The notes under the pieces are model-generated. The model was not told where the DNA came from. It made no database searches and saw only the letters and a list, made by a program, of their open reading frames with translations. A program made the translations under genes and the position numbers. A stretch of 64,000 nucleotides of DNA from Takakia lepidozioides (lineage: Eukaryota > Plantae > Bryophyta): positions 10,664,001 through 10,728,000 of the forward strand of contig CM060733.1 of assembly GCA_030704615.1 (NCBI GenBank), read 5' to 3'. Shown here one piece after another: positions 61,451 through 64,000 of this stretch; the stretch's first letter is position 1; the number at the start of each line of letters is the position of its first letter.

Positions 61451-61523
61451 AATTAAAGTCAGTTCTTCGCGATGATGGAGCCAGAAAGAAGAAATAACAA
61501 AATCCATAGGGAAGTACGACTTA

Positions 61524-62265
61524 CAAATCGCAAGATAAAACCCTTGGATCCGCCGGCACCCGACTTGTGTGTGGATTCGTGCTTGTCAAGGCGGACTGTT
61601 GTTGCTTCGCGTGCCCGGTCAAATTTGGCCTTGTTTGCGGCATCAACCTCTCCTGCAATGAGTGCATCCCATGATACCTATGCACCCCCTCCCAACAATT
61701 AGTGAATTACACACATACGTTGCATCGAATCCACCTCATTAATGCACATGTGACAAATGGAAGGTGACATGATTCAGGATTTGCCAACCTGTGTAATTCC
61801 ATAAGGTGGTTTGGGTATGGCCCCCTTTTCCATTGCCCTCCGAATGATCTGTCTGGCACGGTACCTCCTGTCCTTCAAGTTTCGCCCCACCATCTCCATC
61901 ACCCTTGTGTCACTCCAATTGCCCGGAAACCGGCGGTCTAACTCACGGGCATACGCCCGCTTCGCGCCAAAGTGCTGATCAGCCCACTCGATGTGCAAAG
62001 AGAACCACCTCAATGCGAGTTCGAAGGTTGGCTTCTTCATAGCCTCCCAGAATGCACCGCAGGGGTCACCATGGCGATTCACCTCCACCGGTGGCACCAC
62101 GATCTTTGCCAACTCCACGTCCTGTATCGCCAAGGCCATCTCATCATCTCCCTTCTTTGTAGCCTCCTTCTCTTGCTCCTTTGTCTGCCCTCCCCCGCAT
62201 GCAATGCATTTTCTAGGATGAAATACCCCACGCCCCCCACATGTAATCATCCCATTAGCACACAT
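61524..62265 (-). pseudogene. CACTA second ORF (TnpA/Ptta, Transposase_24-like) exon remnants
   Basis: W...K...ELDRRF....V.EMVGRNLKDRRYR in 61774-62265. The next spliced exon reads VSWDALI...ANKAK...R...THKSGAGG (about 61677-61524). Confidence 0.55.
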
Positions 62266-62469
62266 AATACAACACCATTATGACTTTCCCTTTATGTAGC
62301 ATCTCCCTCATTTGGGTGTGAATGGTCAAAACCGAACGTCGCTCCTTCCACTCCTCACTCACTCCTTCCAAAACCACAATCAGATCTTGCATGAGTACTA
62401 CTCTCTAAACCCTAAACTTTGTGGAATACACTTTACATACATTGAAAAGATTAAAGAAAGTAATCTCCA

Positions 62470-62690
62470 TGCGAGGGGGAATGGCGCTTATACCTTGCGT
62501 GGTACTTTTTTCCCTTGGACTTCATCCCGATATCGGTCTTTCTTGCCTTGGTGAGATGCGAATCCTCTTCGTAGTATAGGGTTTTATCCCATGGACATGC
62601 ATGAAAAATCTTATAGCCCATCCCCACAGAGTCCAAGACTTCGCGCGCCTCTTTCTGCGACCGTGGCATCTCTGGGTTTCAAGTGTGGAG
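62470..62690 (-). pseudogene. CACTA Tnp2 transposase N-terminal fragment
   Basis: MPRSQKEAREVLDSVGMGYKIFHACPWDKTLY, then frameshifted RYRDEVQGKKVPRKV.RH.P. Confidence 0.75.
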
Positions 62691-63277
62691 CAATCATGCA
62701 TTCTTCATAGAGAAATATGCAAAAGTGACCCTAGAAACACACTTATTTTTTTTCCATTTTTTTTTGGTCCCATTTTTTGCATGGATGTAGTGGTGCAAAG
62801 CCCGATGTCACAAAACAAAATAGAGCTAAAAATAAAATCATTACGCCCTCAAAAACCGCAATCATATATTTTCTAAATGTAAATATTTATTTTTAAATTC
62901 GATTTAATTCAAAATTGGTGCAAGGGTGAGTGCGTCTTTGGGGGGCATTCCCCCCCCCCCCCCCCCTGCTGGATCTTTGTACAGGTGATGCATACATATC
63001 TAAGCACATGTAGGAAAAAATGAAGCTTGAGCCACATCCGTTTGTTGGGTGCAATGCATGAGAGGATTTTCTTTCACATTAATAAGCAAAATTGGTTGAT
63101 AGGGTGAATGCGTCATTGGGGGGGCAAATGATTTGTTTGGGTTTGAAACTTTGCATGCGTGTACGTGCGCACATACATGTAATTATTGAATGACATATTT
63201 GATGCACACACACATGAAGGTGTTGTTTGCATTTCGCTTATAATGAAGTGTATGGTTGCAATGACACATTATAATAT

Positions 63278-63735
63278 ATGTCTCTATGTTCATTTGTTCG
63301 TATCAGGACTTTGTCCATCCTTCCGGTCTTTTCTCTTGGGCACCCATCCGAAAACAATCCAAGTACATCAGGCGGGAGCTGTGGGCGAGACCCTACCCCC
63401 ACGGTACCGGACGATGATGACGATGACAGTGATAGTGACAGTGACAACAACAATGAGCATGGAATTAACCAGGAGGATGTGCAAGCCATGGAGGATCTCT
63501 TAATGCATCATGTGGGTGCTGATGCATCCCATGAAGAGGGAACCCGACCAATCGATGATCCTGAAATGACCCCCTCAAATGACATGGAGAGGGAGGCGAG
63601 AACTCCCTTGTACGAAGGGGCGAAAGTGAGTCGACTTTCAACAATCTTACTTTTGTTCAATCTTCAAATTTGATTTGGCATAAGTAATGCTGGGATGTCT
63701 GTCATAATGCGAACTATTGCAGACTATATCCTCCG
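63278..63735 (+). pseudogene. CACTA Tnp2 transposase far N-terminal fragment (opposite strand to its continuation)
   Basis: EARTPLYEGAKVSRLSTILLLFNLQI*FGISNAGMSVIMRTIADYIL is the segment that normally directly precedes the P.S..EA...IHACP motif. Confidence 0.7.
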
Positions 63736-64000
63736 CCATCACTACCGCGGTTCCCTTGTGCAGCAAAAAAACAGACAGCTGAGACAGTGAATCTTCCCTC
63801 ATCTCTAAGCCATCGCCATCGCCTTAAAGAGCCCGCCCAGGCGGCGCTCACAGGAGCCATAAACACTCAAGGATTGGTAGCTCAAGGTATCTGCAGCACG
63901 AGCACCATCACTCCTCACAAGCCGCCATCGCACGCGCTCTCGCAGCGCAAAAAGAAAGACATTAGGGTTGCGCAGGGTTTTCCCTTGTCTGGCCCGTCAT

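Overview
Eukaryotic land-plant genomic DNA. Gene and transposon content looks bryophyte-like, but the species cannot be determined from the sequence. About two-thirds of the window is transposon-derived or intergenic. Bases 1-3860 are the 3' end of a CACTA DNA transposon. Bases 3861-19865 are a decayed Ty3/Gypsy LTR retrotransposon whose polyprotein has the unusual order gag-protease-DNMT3-like C5 cytosine methyltransferase-RT-RNase H-integrase-PHD finger. This is the standout system in the window. It is split by a complete, younger chromovirus at 10053-16950 (ATTGG target-site duplication, TSD); removing that insert puts the methyltransferase C-terminus back in frame with RT. Next come a 74-bp satellite, a piggyBac-type and a Tc1/mariner-type MITE, and tRNA-like SINE heads. 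Three intact host genes follow: an R2R3-MYB (+), a 15-exon Upf1-like SF1 helicase with a probable transit peptide (+), and an ATJ10-like DnaJ chaperone (-). The introns of the last two carry repeated short insertions of one tail-less LINE family. The right end holds PIF/Harbinger remnants, a deleted minus-strand relative of the outer Gypsy element, and a rearranged CACTA remnant.
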